Origin: Dimorphilus gyrociliatus
Taxonomy: Eukaryota > Animalia > Annelida
Direction: 5' to 3'
Length of the DNA stretch: 64,000 bases
Assembly: GCA_904063045.1 (NCBI GenBank)
Contig: CAJFCJ010000011.1
Span: 451,100-515,099, forward strand
Notes under the pieces: model-generated
Database searches by the model: none
Told to the model about the DNA's origin: nothing
What the model saw: the letters and a program-made list of their open reading frames with translations, nothing else
Part shown: piece after piece, positions 1-12,367 of the stretch
How positions within the stretch are numbered: the first letter of the stretch is position 1
Layout of the letters: each line of letters starts with the position of its first letter
Translations under genes and position numbers: made by a program

Positions 1-422
1 GAGGCCATATGTCATACCTCCGATCATTTTAGTTTCAAAACAAACTTCAAATAGATCATAATCATCAGTTGTAAAAGCAAACTTTCCTTTTTCTGCTTCT
101 TCTTTAGAGTACAATGTATGTCCCTTGGAATCTGTTACCTATTAAAAAGAAAGATATTATAATTTTTTAATAAATCATTGATCACTTTCAAAAGCATGTA
201 TTTAGCAAATTATTTACAATTTTTTATACATCTATGACTTACATGAAGATTTGTTTTTTGTCCAGGTGCATGAGAAAGTTCGTATTCACCAATTACTGTA
301 ACATTTTTATGAATTTCTTCTCTTAGGCATTTTTTCACATTCGGCGAAAGATGGAATTGAATAGCAGTTATTTGCGTAAGTACTAGTGATAATAGCACAA
401 ATAACTTTCGTAATAAATCCAT
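1..422 (-). CDS. TMED10: p24/emp24 GOLD-domain cargo receptor, TMED10 (p23/TMP21)-like; 5' part only, gene continues beyond window start
   Basis: Minus ORF from ATG at 422: signal peptide [20 protein letters not shown], then [30 protein letters not shown], which closely matches TMED10 [36 protein letters not shown] donor at 238-243. Second exon 1-140 encodes [37 protein letters not shown], matching TMED10 [37 protein letters not shown]. Confidence 0.75.
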
Positions 423-3400
423 TTTATATCTACAAAATTAGTTTCCCTAAATCAATCAACAAAAACGAGTAACTAAGACGAAAATATGACTTTTTTCTTA
501 TGATTTCTTGGGTTAACGTGGCATCAACGACTTTCGACTGGTTGTCACTTCCGACGGAAGTTGAAGAATTGCAGGATCGCATATATTTAAAATTATTTAA
601 ACTAGAAATTCGATTGTTTCTTTGATGAAGATACTTTAGAGATTAATCTGATTTACGTTTTACCTCTTTCTAAATCTTAAAAATTGCATTCTTTGTGAAT
701 CCACTTTTAACGTTGAACGGAAATACGTCAAAAGTTGATTATCCGTTCAAGAACTATTACTTTTTCATATAGCTGATATTAATTCTCCGACATGATCTCG
801 TACTAATAAAATTGTCATAAAAAACATAAAACTCGACAATTCGCAATTGTTTAACAAATTATAATCTAGATTTCTTATCACACCATTCACCTATTTATAT
901 ACTACCAGTAGCATAAATGTCGTCAATAGTAAAAGCAAGATAATTATGACATAAGAGAAACCCATTAAGAAGGAAATAAACTTTGAATACAAATTTTTAG
1001 GTTATTTCCTACTTTATAAAGGCATGAAAGATTTGTGATTAATTACAACAACTCAACAACTTTTCTTCAAATCTAGAAAGCACTTCTGAAACATTCAGCT
1101 CTATGAAATTTAAATAGTCTTGTATTAAAATAGAAGATAGGCTGAAAGTATATAATTTGAAAAGTATTAAGAAGTCCCCTTAAGGATATTAATTTGAAGT
1201 CTATAAGTTTTAAGACTTATATATATACAGTATATTCTTATAGCAATATCATTTTGAAATCATACATACATAGATTATCTCTGCTTATTGCGACCCATAA
1301 ATAAGACTGTCTTTCTTCCCGTAAAAATTATTAAATATGTTTTAACAGTTTTTATTTCTATTATAAAAGTAAACTAGAATATAAGAGGAAATTGCCTTAT
1401 TTCTTGGTATGTATAAAAGGCATAGAAACAGCCCTTTTCCTTAAGAAGAGTTATTTACATTGTTATCTGATATATGATGAATGTTTTATATAAAAGTTCG
1501 GCAGTTCAAAGAGCTCTAATCAATATTTATTTCTCTTTACCTTTTAGCAACTAATCTATTAATATGATATATGCCGTATTACAAAAATAATTTACTTATT
1601 GTCGATCTTTGAAAAAACTCTTTAAACTTATCAATACACAAATATGACTGATCAATGCCTTTTATTTTTCTTAGCGTATTTGATATTTGATATCTAAATT
1701 GGCCTTGAATGCTAATATTTTAAGATAATATCAACGGGAAAATACTAAAATCTCCTACAGTTTCAGAGTTTTGGAGATTCACGTCACCTCAGATAGGATT
1801 AAGGATTATAATTCTATACGTAAAAATATAAGATATCTTAACTACTAGTGTAAATATATGTTAGAAAGTTACATATAACAAATAAAAGAAATAATAATAC
1901 AAAAAAAAACATATTATATACATATTTATATTTATGATTTACAAGTGTATTTCTCTTTTATTCCAACAAGTTATATTCTAATTGTTTTGCATACACACTC
2001 GTTTAAAGTCAAATATAGATTTTTTATACAAAACTTTCTAACATTCTTGTTTAATAGTGACGTAGATTATTGGATTAGTTGTTGAGCTAGGTTTTAGACA
2101 ATGAGGATTTATTTTAAAGTATATACAGTATATATGGTACATTGTATATTTTTATTAAACTTGTTAGTAAAATAGATCTTATAATATCTAATTTGTCCAA
2201 ATATCACATAAAATTTTTCGTAAGCTTTAATATACTACTACTTCTAATAATAGATAAGATATAGATAAGATAAGCAACCCAAATAGTAAAAAATGGCTTT
2301 ACATGATTATTTGCAAATTTTTCCTTTGATTACGTGATTTTTATAAGAATCAATTTATCATTAATGTTATTTATGAGTATTATTCTATTGAGAATACATA
2401 ATATATAGACAAGTATTTACAGCAATTGAGTCGTAATAACGTCGTGAGTCAAAAACAATTTGCATATTATTTTCTAACTTATCTTTTTGATTCCACGCCT
2501 GAGAAAATTATTATTATTATTTAAAATATTTAACTAACCTTGATAAAATAAAACTTTTATGAACTATTGCGTAATCTCTCAAAATTTACAAATACTTTGA
2601 CCTTCGTTAAAGTCTAATTAAAGATTCTTAGTATCTGGTATATAAGAACGCCCACAATTTATCCTCATATAGCTAGGCAAGAGTTTTTAATAAAAAAGAT
2701 AATAAATAAATTAATTAAAATATTGTCATAGGTAATAAAACAGCATATTTAATTTCACCAATCAATTAGAAGAGAAACATCACTCCTTAAATTTCTAATT
2801 GTTGTTTTTTAATAATATGTTAAAAGATATTAAAGCAAATTTTATGGAAAAAAGAGGAATGCATGATTTCATAATAACAAACTCTTCTTTTCTTTTTATC
2901 ATACATAAAACAAACTTTGTAGACTTTATTAAATAAAGAAAATCTATTGTTTCATCACAATTGAGCATTTTACTCTTGATGTTTATTTGGATATTGGTGT
3001 ACTGTGTGTATTATTCCAGTATATTTCTGGTAAACTACTATGTTAGATAACGATATAAATGTATTATTCATGCGTACAATTGGAAACCAATTCAAGGTCA
3101 ACGGGAAAGAACATGCTTCAATTTATCTGGCTAATCATTTTTTCAATAAATAAAAAAGATATCCAAATAAACAAAGGAAAACACCTGGTAAATATAAATA
3201 TCTAAGCCTCTTCTTTTACCTTCTTAGCGAAGCTCAATTCCCATCTCTTGGGAATATTTCAAGAAATTTTAGATAATGTTGAAATCTTTATTAGGCAACT
3301 GTTGATAAATATCCAAGAATTCTGGCATAGATTCCTGCCATAAATTCATAAAAATCATACAAGGAGCAAATTACTTAATCTCATTTTATTTAATTTCTGA

Positions 3401-4744
3401 AGTTAAGGATATATTATAAAGACTAATTCTCTCCTTGCAATGTTCTTATTTAGCTATAATATCAAATAAACCAATACATTAAACAATAAAATACTAATGT
3501 GTATATACGATAACTTTGCTACTTGTATTGTCAATTTCTGAAGCATCCATTAAGCGTGAAAAAAATACATCTTGTAAAAAGAAATTTCGATCAAATTCAA
3601 CCTAAATTAGTTCCTAATTATTCTTGAAGTTGTTTTTTTGTCCTTCAAACTTTTATAAACTAGTTTACTTGATCTTGGATAGGACAGATCAAGTAGGTTA
3701 TTAATGATTTAAAATTGACGTCTAATAATATAGGACAAAGGGTTATAATAGTATGAAAACTCATATGGCTATTGCACTAAAAAAACTGATAAATATAAAA
3801 TATATACTTAAAAGAAATATTTAGAAATCAATAGTCCTTTCCGGAAAATGTTCAGATCTAGGAACGATTGGTGTTTTATCATTTTTACTGCAATTTTACC
3901 TTCAAAATTCAATTAGAAAAAATGAGTGCTTTTTAATTGAAAATATGTTTCAATTTTGCTATTTATTGATTTGTTTACCGAATATTCACAAACGCTTAGA
4001 TGCTTAAAGCAGCTTTTTAAAGGCCCTGGAGTGAATACTTTGCGAAAATTATACCTCACGAAAAAAGGTGTTCTTCCTTATAGTAAAAATAGCGCCTTCT
4101 ATTTGATTAACTAGCCATATATTAATACCGTCATGAATAAAATCACTTAGAGAGCTTCATAGATATATATTTCTTGAAAGATTCAGAGATTTCTTAGCTA
4201 TATTTATTGCAAAATGAAAGACCTACTATTCATAAGTTAAGGACTAAGTTTAAGGAATGGTTTACTTCGATAAGAAAAACTTAATGGAAAGCTTGCGCAT
4301 CTAATATTCCTTGGTTTTTATTTTTTCCATGAAGATACCATTTATCCTGTTGTTGCTCTAACATATTACTATATATAAAAGAAATGATAATAATTAGGTA
4401 CGTTCTTAGAATCTCTGTCTGTGAAAACTGAGAGTTTATTATGTGAAAATGAGGAAATTTTACAAAGGCAAGTATTCATCTAATTATCGAGAAGAAAATC
4501 ATACTTCATTTAATCAGCTTATTAATAATGGTGGTAATAACCTTTGTAAATGCGTTCTTGTGTTAAAGTTATTGTTATACCTGATATAACTTTTATATTT
4601 CACGAGTTTAATTACAAATGCAGTTAGAAAATAATAAGATCAAGTATAAGTCATTTCTTTAAACTTCAATTCTCTATTTAGAAATATTAATTAAACTTCT
4701 TTAGCATACTAAACTGACATAATGGCATATGGTGTATAAATAGA

Positions 4745-4752
4745 GTAACCAT
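4745..4752 (+). promoter_or_regulatory. Putative TATA box (GTATAAATA) ~40 bp upstream of the GPCR-1 start codon
   Basis: TATAAATA at 4745-4752. The identical GTATAAATA element sits at the equivalent position upstream of the paralogous GPCR at 39103. Confidence 0.35.
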
Positions 4753-4788
4753 AGAAAATTCCATGCACTTACATAGAAACTGCAAGTA

Positions 4789-5866
4789 ATGATGAATTCA
4801 ACTATGACGGAAACTTTTCCGTCATATACAGAGATATTAGCAACTTTTTATGGTATTGTAGTTTTATTCGTTTTAGGAAGTTTTGGAAATTTTTTGACAA
4901 TAACAATACTTATTCAAAGTGGAAAATTTGTAAAATCAACAAATATCTTTGTTTTCAACTTAGCAGTTGCAGATCTTGTCGTTTGTTTTACAACTGTTTT
5001 TGATACTGTTTCTTACTATGCTCATGATATAAGTCATTCCGTATGCAAATACGTTATGCCCTTTTATTTTGTCGCTGCTCTTACTTCTCAACTGAATTTG
5101 GCTGTAATTGCTCTAAATAGATATGTGTTTATACTGAAGGCAAGAGACACTTATGAAAAATATTTCTCAGATAAATTATCAATCATTATATGCTTTTGCT
5201 TGTGGATTTTCAATATTCTCTATACTTCTTGGGCCTTCGTATTCACTGAATTTTATTTCGTCAGAGAAAGTTATGCATGTCAACTTAAACATCATGAAAA
5301 TACTAAACATTTTATGGCTATAACTGGGTCGTTATATTTGCTGTTAGATGTTGTTGTAATTGCTGTTATATACTTTTTAATATTTAGAGGAATAGTAAAA
5401 TCTAAAAAGAGGACACAAGTAGATCCTTCAACTGCATCATCTAATATAAACTCAACGAATGGTATGTTTCAGGTTTAGATTTTGTAAATTACTTTTATTA
5501 ATGTAAATTTCTAAGCTGTTCACAGTACATCAAGTCCTGCGAAAATTAAAAGTAAGCCAAAAAGAAAATCTGGTAATCTTAAGCAGATGTTTGCGATATG
5601 GTTCGTTTATGTTATTCTTAGCACCCCCATAGCGATTGAATTCGGAATAAGATCTCAACTTAACGTTCCCTTGCTATATGACAGGTAAACTGTTTGGAAA
5701 ATAAGTAAAAATGCGTGTAATTGTTTGAAAATCAACAGGTTCAGCAATAGCATGCTAAGAACGAATTCAGCTGTTAATGTACTAATCTATGCTTGGACAA
5801 ACACGTTATATAGAAACTTATATAAAGATTTACTTAAGAAGGCTTTCAGCAATCCTTGTGCCTAAG
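4789..5866 (+). CDS. Orphan rhodopsin-like (class A) GPCR, paralog 1; 3 exons (4789-5461, 5516-5684, 5739-5866)
   Basis: 7TM hydropathy with GNFLTITIL (TM1), NLAVADL (TM2), NRY at the end of TM3 in place of DRY, and NSAVNVLIYAW (NPxxY-like, Pro missing) in TM7. Donors G|GTATGT and AG|GTAAAC; acceptors ttctaag and atcaacag keep the frame. Stop TAA at 5864-5866. Confidence 0.8.
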
Positions 5867-7205
5867 ACAATGATAGTTCAATATTAAATTTATTGTAGAA
5901 TACAAGTACCCTGGTTCAATTACCTTTCCTTTATATTGTTTGTACATAAATATAATATACTTAAGTATTTCTAATTCGATAGAGAAGTTGAAGAAACAAG
6001 AATAGTGATGATGTTTATTTTTCTAATAATTTAACATAAACAGCATTTTTTAATTTTGAACACAATTCTTTAGCACTATCCCATAACATTTACACTTTTC
6101 AATCTACTAATTCGATTAGCACTTTAACAAATACTGAAATAGATAAGATTTTGTGAACATAACCAAAAAATAGCTCAAACAATAAATTTTTCAATCTTTA
6201 AATATCAAACTTCTGAAGTTGCGTCTTAATTTCATAATTTTCAGTGAACAAGGCTACTTTCTTATTCAAAAAGAGGCCTAACTTCAATTTGTTGAATTAT
6301 TTTTAAGGTCGCTGAAAAGTCCTCCGCTACTTTCGTACATATCAAATCTATTAATGGATAGAAATATTCGCATAAATAGAAAAATAATAAAATAACACAT
6401 ACAAGTTGAGTAAACCATCCACCAATTCGTCACTATTTTGGCAATTAAATTTTTCAAGCGTTCTTAACCATCTGGAACTACTCGATCCGTATATTTTTAA
6501 ATTTTCGGTAGTTGATATTGATTCATTCTATGAAGAAAGTTATATTTTATAAATAAGAACATGTAATTAAATCGAATCGTTACTTTCTGTGTTTGAGCAT
6601 CTATTGATCGAACATTTTGGGGTGGATCAATTAACTGCAAAATTTATTATGCAAATAAACAATTTATGGTATTACAAATATAAATAATCTATACCGTTCT
6701 CATTATTCTTTGAAAGTGAGATGTTAGTATTTCAACGCTTGGCAAGCGAAACAAACTGCATAAAGCCTTATATCCAGACGGACTTTTAAAATAGAAATCT
6801 AATAATATCTATTAAAAGATACAGTTATTGTATTACTGTAATAATATTATATATTTTTAAATATATACTTTTATTGTATCTTCATCCCAATATATATTTT
6901 TGCCTTCTTTGGCATTATAGTTTGCTTCATATTGAGACTGGAAAAATTTCTTCTGAGCAGAGGTAAGATTATGAGATGAATATATTTTATCAAAGCTTTC
7001 GCTCTTTTTATTATCGATTTCTTCTTTTAGTGCATCTATGACAAATTAATAATTTAATCAGTTAACTTTCGTATTATCTTCCATATGAAATACTTACAAT
7101 ACTTTTGTTTAAAGTTTAATGAGCTAATTTTATGTTTAGATATCATATTGGAGAATGTACAAGATTGTTTCCTATGGTTTTCAATAAGAGTTTTACACAT
7201 TTCCC

Positions 7206-9017
7206 TTAATTCTTGCTGTTGCCGAAAGGAATTACTCTTAAAAGTTTCTTTTCGAATAAATGAAATAAACTTACAGCCGATAAATCATCTATCTGTTTTA
7301 CTTTATCCATGTCACTTGAGTTTGCACTGGCACTGTTTAAAGATGAGGTTGTCGTTGTGGAATTCAATTGATCTGTGTTACGAACTGATCCACTGATACT
7401 ACCACTAGATATTATTCTCCTTAACATTTTTTCCTGCTCCGGTGTTGCCTTGACATTTACAGTTACAGGTGTTCCAGTCTTATCCGCTGATGTTTTCATA
7501 ATATTTAACAAGGATTTGATATCATCCTCTTTACTTAAATCAAGTACTTTAGAGTTATCATTTTTGGAGGATGGCTTAATTTGCTGCATCTGAATCGGAT
7601 TAACAACAGCTCCATTAGATGGAGCAATCGTGGCATTCTGTTGTGGGCGGTTTTCTAAGACTATTGCTGAAGTAACTCGAGCCATATTACCTCGACTAAC
7701 GACTATTTTAGGTTTATTGATAATATTTTCATTTAGATGGCTCTGAGATATTTTGGAACTTTTTATAGCAATTGGTCTCTGGCCCACAGAGATATTTTGC
7801 ACGTCGCCATCACTCACAGGAATAAGTATTTGTTCTACTTTTCCACTATCATCCCTTCCCACAAAGAAGGTATGACCCGGTTGAACGCTTTCTGGTACTG
7901 GTAACTTAAGGATTGTGTTACTTCCAGGCAAAATACACTCCACTATTTTTTGTTTCTCTTTCTCTCTGATACTGGAAGTTTGAGCTATATTGGGAGCAAT
8001 AGAGGTATTTGATAATGCCTTTAGATTCGAAGATTCGTTAGGAGTTTCGTTTGAGACATCAAGTTTTATTCTTTTTGTAGGCAAGTAACTGTTCTCATCC
8101 TTATCAAAAACAAATTATTAATAGTTTATACGAATTTAAAATCAAATTTTACACCAACTTCATTATTTTCTTCTATAATACTTTCACTTTGGATTTGTAA
8201 AACATTTGATGTTTTTGGTACAGCCGTTTTTTTTAAGGCACTTGTCTGAAAATGACTAGGATTTTGAAAATCGTCGCGTCCAAAGTGATCGCTGCATACT
8301 TGTAATTTTCTCAAAGAAACCGTTAATTTGGAGTATCCCAATGCTTGTGCCCACTGCTCAAACCTATTGCAAATATAAAGATAAACTCAAGGAAAACAGT
8401 CGTTTTCACAAACCTTTTTTGTTCAAATGGAAAACTAAACCAGCGCAAAACATTTCCAAAGTTATCTGATACGTTTTGAGTACGTCGGTTCTTACAACTC
8501 TTTACTGCACATTTTGCCCCTGTTCTTTTTGTTTTCTCTTGAGTAGGAACAACTGCTTCTCGACTATTCAAAACAGTTTCCACTGTGATTTCTGCCTCTG
8601 GTGTACAATCCCCAGTTTCTTGATGAATATGGTTTTCGTTCACATTTTTAAACTTAACAACAACCTGATTTTTAAAGAGAATATAACATTAATGCTACAA
8701 TATGTTTCATTTACTAACTTTATCATCTTTTTCAATATTTCCTTCAACTGAAATTGGCTCTTTTCTCTTTAAAAAAAAAATTGTTAACAAAATATAGTCT
8801 ATTTTTTATCTTATAATAACGTACTATATTAACTTTCAAGTCAGGAATTGCACCATCTTTGAGAGTTTGATTTTCGGTATCTTCGTAACAAGTATTTCCA
8901 AAGTGTCTACTACACAAATAGCTTTCTTGATTAGGCTTAAAGCCTATAGGGCATATCTTAAGCCACTCTGTCAATTGCTCTATTGTATTGGCATCTTGAC
9001 CTTGAGGAAAACTAGAT
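7206..9017 (-). CDS. THAP-domain protein with two THAP-type zinc-finger modules plus a long Ser/Thr/Asn-rich tail; 5' end (first half of the upstream THAP) not located
   Basis: Minus-strand exons: ...EQLTEWLKICPIGFKPNQESYLCSRHF (C-terminal half of a THAP domain, C-x2-H). Then KCAVKSCKNRRTQNVSDNFGNVLRWFSFPFEQKR (THAP N-half, C-x4-C ... FP ... R) spliced via GTTTGT/ttgcaatag to FEQWAQALGYSKLTVSLRKLQVCSDHFGRDDF. Then a 292-codon ORF 7206-8084 rich in S/T/N/Q. Whether this is one gene or two is not resolved. Confidence 0.5.
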
Positions 9018-10895
9018 AAAGATTGTTAATGCATAAAATTTACAAAAATTTTACTCCAGCTCACCAGAAAAATTGAATTCTCTCGTCACCTCCCTCGTTT
9101 TCTATGGCTTGGCATGCTACACACTCTTTAACAATCTATTCACGAAAAAATATTAATAGTAAGCTTAATAAAGCTATGTAAACGAAAATTATGAGTACTT
9201 GAGAAATATCCTTATTTTGCCCGACATCCATTCGTTCTTCATTAACAAAATTTCTTCAATTATAACTTAACCATTTCAACTTTACGATGATGCCACATGC
9301 TTGATATATTAAGTAAACAGAAATATACTGCAAAATGAAATGAAAAAAGTAGTATAGTTAAAATTATTTAACAATTTTATTTCGAAAAATTGTTTCGTCT
9401 GAGCGATAATGAATGAAAATTAACTGCAAGTCGATGCAATATTTATTTTGAGCTGGTTTTATTTAGTTTTATTCTTATAAATGAATGATAACTTAATTCT
9501 TTTACTTTACAATTGAGGTTAAATTTACTTATGGTACCTCTAAAGTCGATCTTTTAAAAATATTTTTCCTGCTAAATACTCAAAATCACAACTAAATCAA
9601 AAATGGCTGCCAGATTTTGGTGGCCCATAATCAACTTAAAATTGTTGAATGAATTGTTATAAGATTTCCTACAACATTTGAAACTTTATTAACTTTTGTA
9701 GTTTAGTGCTTATTATATCCGTAATTTGTATATTGAATGCGAGAACAGTTAATTTCGAATTAAAGTATTCCAAAAAGTCAATGTTTAACAATGGCTTTAA
9801 TAGAGATAGATAGTCGTTATTGTAAAATGAAAAATAAATGTGTATACAAAAGTTTCCAATTATTTTTCACAGGCACTTAAGATAAGCGAAATAGAGAAAA
9901 TAACCTGCACTTCACTTCGAAAATATAACTACAATAGGCCTACAAAAAAATGTTTTTTCTTAAGTTTTCTCAAAAATCTCCTTAAATCAAGATAGAAAAA
10001 GATCCTCAGAGGAGAAAAGATTAAACTATACATCTGGTTGACCACCATCGGTTAGTTAGATGTGAGGGTTACAAACTCTTTTTGATAGCTTCACTCATAA
10101 GAATTTTTATTCTCTTACGACAACAAAGAACACGTGGTAATGCAGCCTGTAAAAAGATTTTTTTCTTTACTTTACAACAACTAATTTACTAGTACACAAC
10201 TGCCAAGATGAAACAGTTTTAGGACTAATTTTCGGGAAAAATTCTTTCATTTACAATCTTTCACCCACAAGAAAAAAGAATGTTTTAGCAGTCTTCAAAT
10301 TAATCAAGTTGTTAATAATAAGTAGAATTCCAGTAAATTTTTCCAAATCTATAGTCTTATGAGTGGTAGAATTTATAGAAAAGTGTAGCATGTATTAAAT
10401 TACAGGCGTTTAGACATAATAAACTTGTAATAAACGATTCTTTCGAATCTTATATTCCATAACCAGAGATTAATTAAGGGTAAAAAGGGTATTAGGCCAT
10501 GTAAATTGTTCGCACAACGCTAACATTTAACAGCTGGCCGTAAAAAAATCGTAATTGCGAAGGCCAATCTAGAAAAGTATAATATATAGCTAAAATATTT
10601 TTGCACTTGGTACTCTTGGTACTGTTGCTAGGTTCTAGGCCTAAGAATTCTGGGGGTTCATCTCGCATGTGGGTGGTAATATATATAATAAGGATCAAGA
10701 TATTGTAAAAAAAGAGGTTGAAGTATATAGAAATATGATTCATTATCAAGAATACAGTAATTTTTTTATAGATATTCCAAGTAAAAACATGCTACTAAAC
10801 GATTTAATAAAAAAAATCTGTGGGAAATTTCCCTAGGTTATAGATAGCTGGCTCCGCCGGTTTGTACGTATCTAACAGTCTAGACGGCAGTTCTT

Positions 10896-12249
10896 TTGCA
10901 GTTTACCCATCTTCAAGAGGTAATGTTAGACGTTCGATTCGTCGACGGCCTCTTCAACCTCTTTTTAGCCTGCCCAATAATTATCCTTTTCACATGGTCA
11001 TTAATCTCCTTCCTCGACAGCCTACCAACATTCCTATTCCCCTTCCTTACAACCTTCTCCCTAACAATTGAATTCGCCATCCTCTACTACCAAGAACTCC
11101 TAGTTGACCTAGCTGATCATATAGGGTTGGAGTACAATTATTTTGCTCTTTGCGTTTACAATTATATTATACTTTCTTCTAACGTCATTCGTTATAATGG
11201 ATTGGAAAATTTAATCGGTTGGCTGGGATTATCAAATGGCAAGTGCTTAGTTACCTGCGTAGTTATCCTCTGCGGAATAAGAGGGATGAAGAACATAGTT
11301 GGATCACCGTTTCGACTAGAATGCGACATAGATATGAATTTAAAGGATTATATTCGCTGTGAGGATACTTTATTCCAAATCCAGGTAAAAACAAAAGAAA
11401 GAACTTTCATGAATACAGTTTTTTTTAGCTATTATCGTCTCTGTTTCTATGATATATTTTCTCTATCTCAAGTCCTATGTATTAATTTATGTCTTCCCTT
11501 TCCTCTTTTTCGTTTGTGATCTTTAAAACATCATAAATTTATTTTAGCATTCTTATCTATGCTACATATACAAATAGCCTAAAGAAAAAAGTTCGGAGAA
11601 CGCCATAGACATCATAGCCACTATACTCTTCGTCTACATCCCTGTCGATCTCTGCTGGATATCGATATGGAACTTGATGGATAACTTCTGCTTGAATCTA
11701 ACAGCTTACCTCCACCCGACAATCGTTTGGTTCGTTTGCTATGTAATCTCATCTAGCATTTGCCTATCAATGCTAACCTTTCAAGACTTGGTATTGGAGT
11801 TTTTAAGAAACATCAACTTCCGGCATGCTTTCATCAAGATAATCGTTCAAGATATTTACTTGCTGGTTGTTTGCTCCATAACAGTTTTATATTGGAGAAG
11901 TGTTTTTAGCGTTTACACCTTCCTAGCTAAACATTTCCCTATTTTACATAAGGGAAAATTTGACACAAGCGTTGTGCATAGCCATATTACATCTTACTTA
12001 ATGCTGTGCTTATTATATATTACAAGTTCAATGATTACTCGAGGATGTTCTATTACACGGATAGATGATGAGGCCTATGACAGTCAATTCCAATCCATTT
12101 TCTTCCGTTTTAAATACTTTGAGACTCTATTCGATGGTAATGGCAGAGACAAGATGATCTTTCAAGAAAGTGTTGAAAAAGAATGCTCAATCCCCAAAGG
12201 AACGAACGGCCTGAGTTTGATTATGAATGATAAAACACAAGATTCATAA
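10896..12249 (+). other. Two consecutive hydrophobic ORFs (207 and 191 codons) of unknown function inside a GC-richer block; coding status uncertain
   Basis: ORFs 10896-11519 and 11674-12249 encode multi-hydrophobic segments with no recognisable family. Region 10850-11350 has visibly higher GC and CpG than its flanks (ccgccgg, cgtcgacggcc). A GTAAAA follows ...LFQIQ at ~11390. Confidence 0.2.
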
Positions 12250-12367
12250 CAATTGTTTTTTTGTTCTCAATTTCCTTATCTATACTTATTATAAAAGATT
12301 GCTATTATATTTAAAGGAAGAAGAAACTAGTTTCTTATTTATTAAGATCACATCTAAACAATGTTAT

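Noticed and set aside
7085-7593. Plus-strand ORFs 7085-7396 and 7375-7593
   Set aside because: They lie antisense within the THAP-protein exon and have no recognisable features. Judged spurious.
10915-10950. tRNA-like T-loop sequence (AGACGTTCGATTCGTCGACGGCC, a GTTCGATTC core with a 4-bp stem)
   Set aside because: No complementary 5' acceptor-stem sequence ~70 nt upstream and no anticodon or D-arm structure could be traced. Most likely a chance match inside the GC-rich block.
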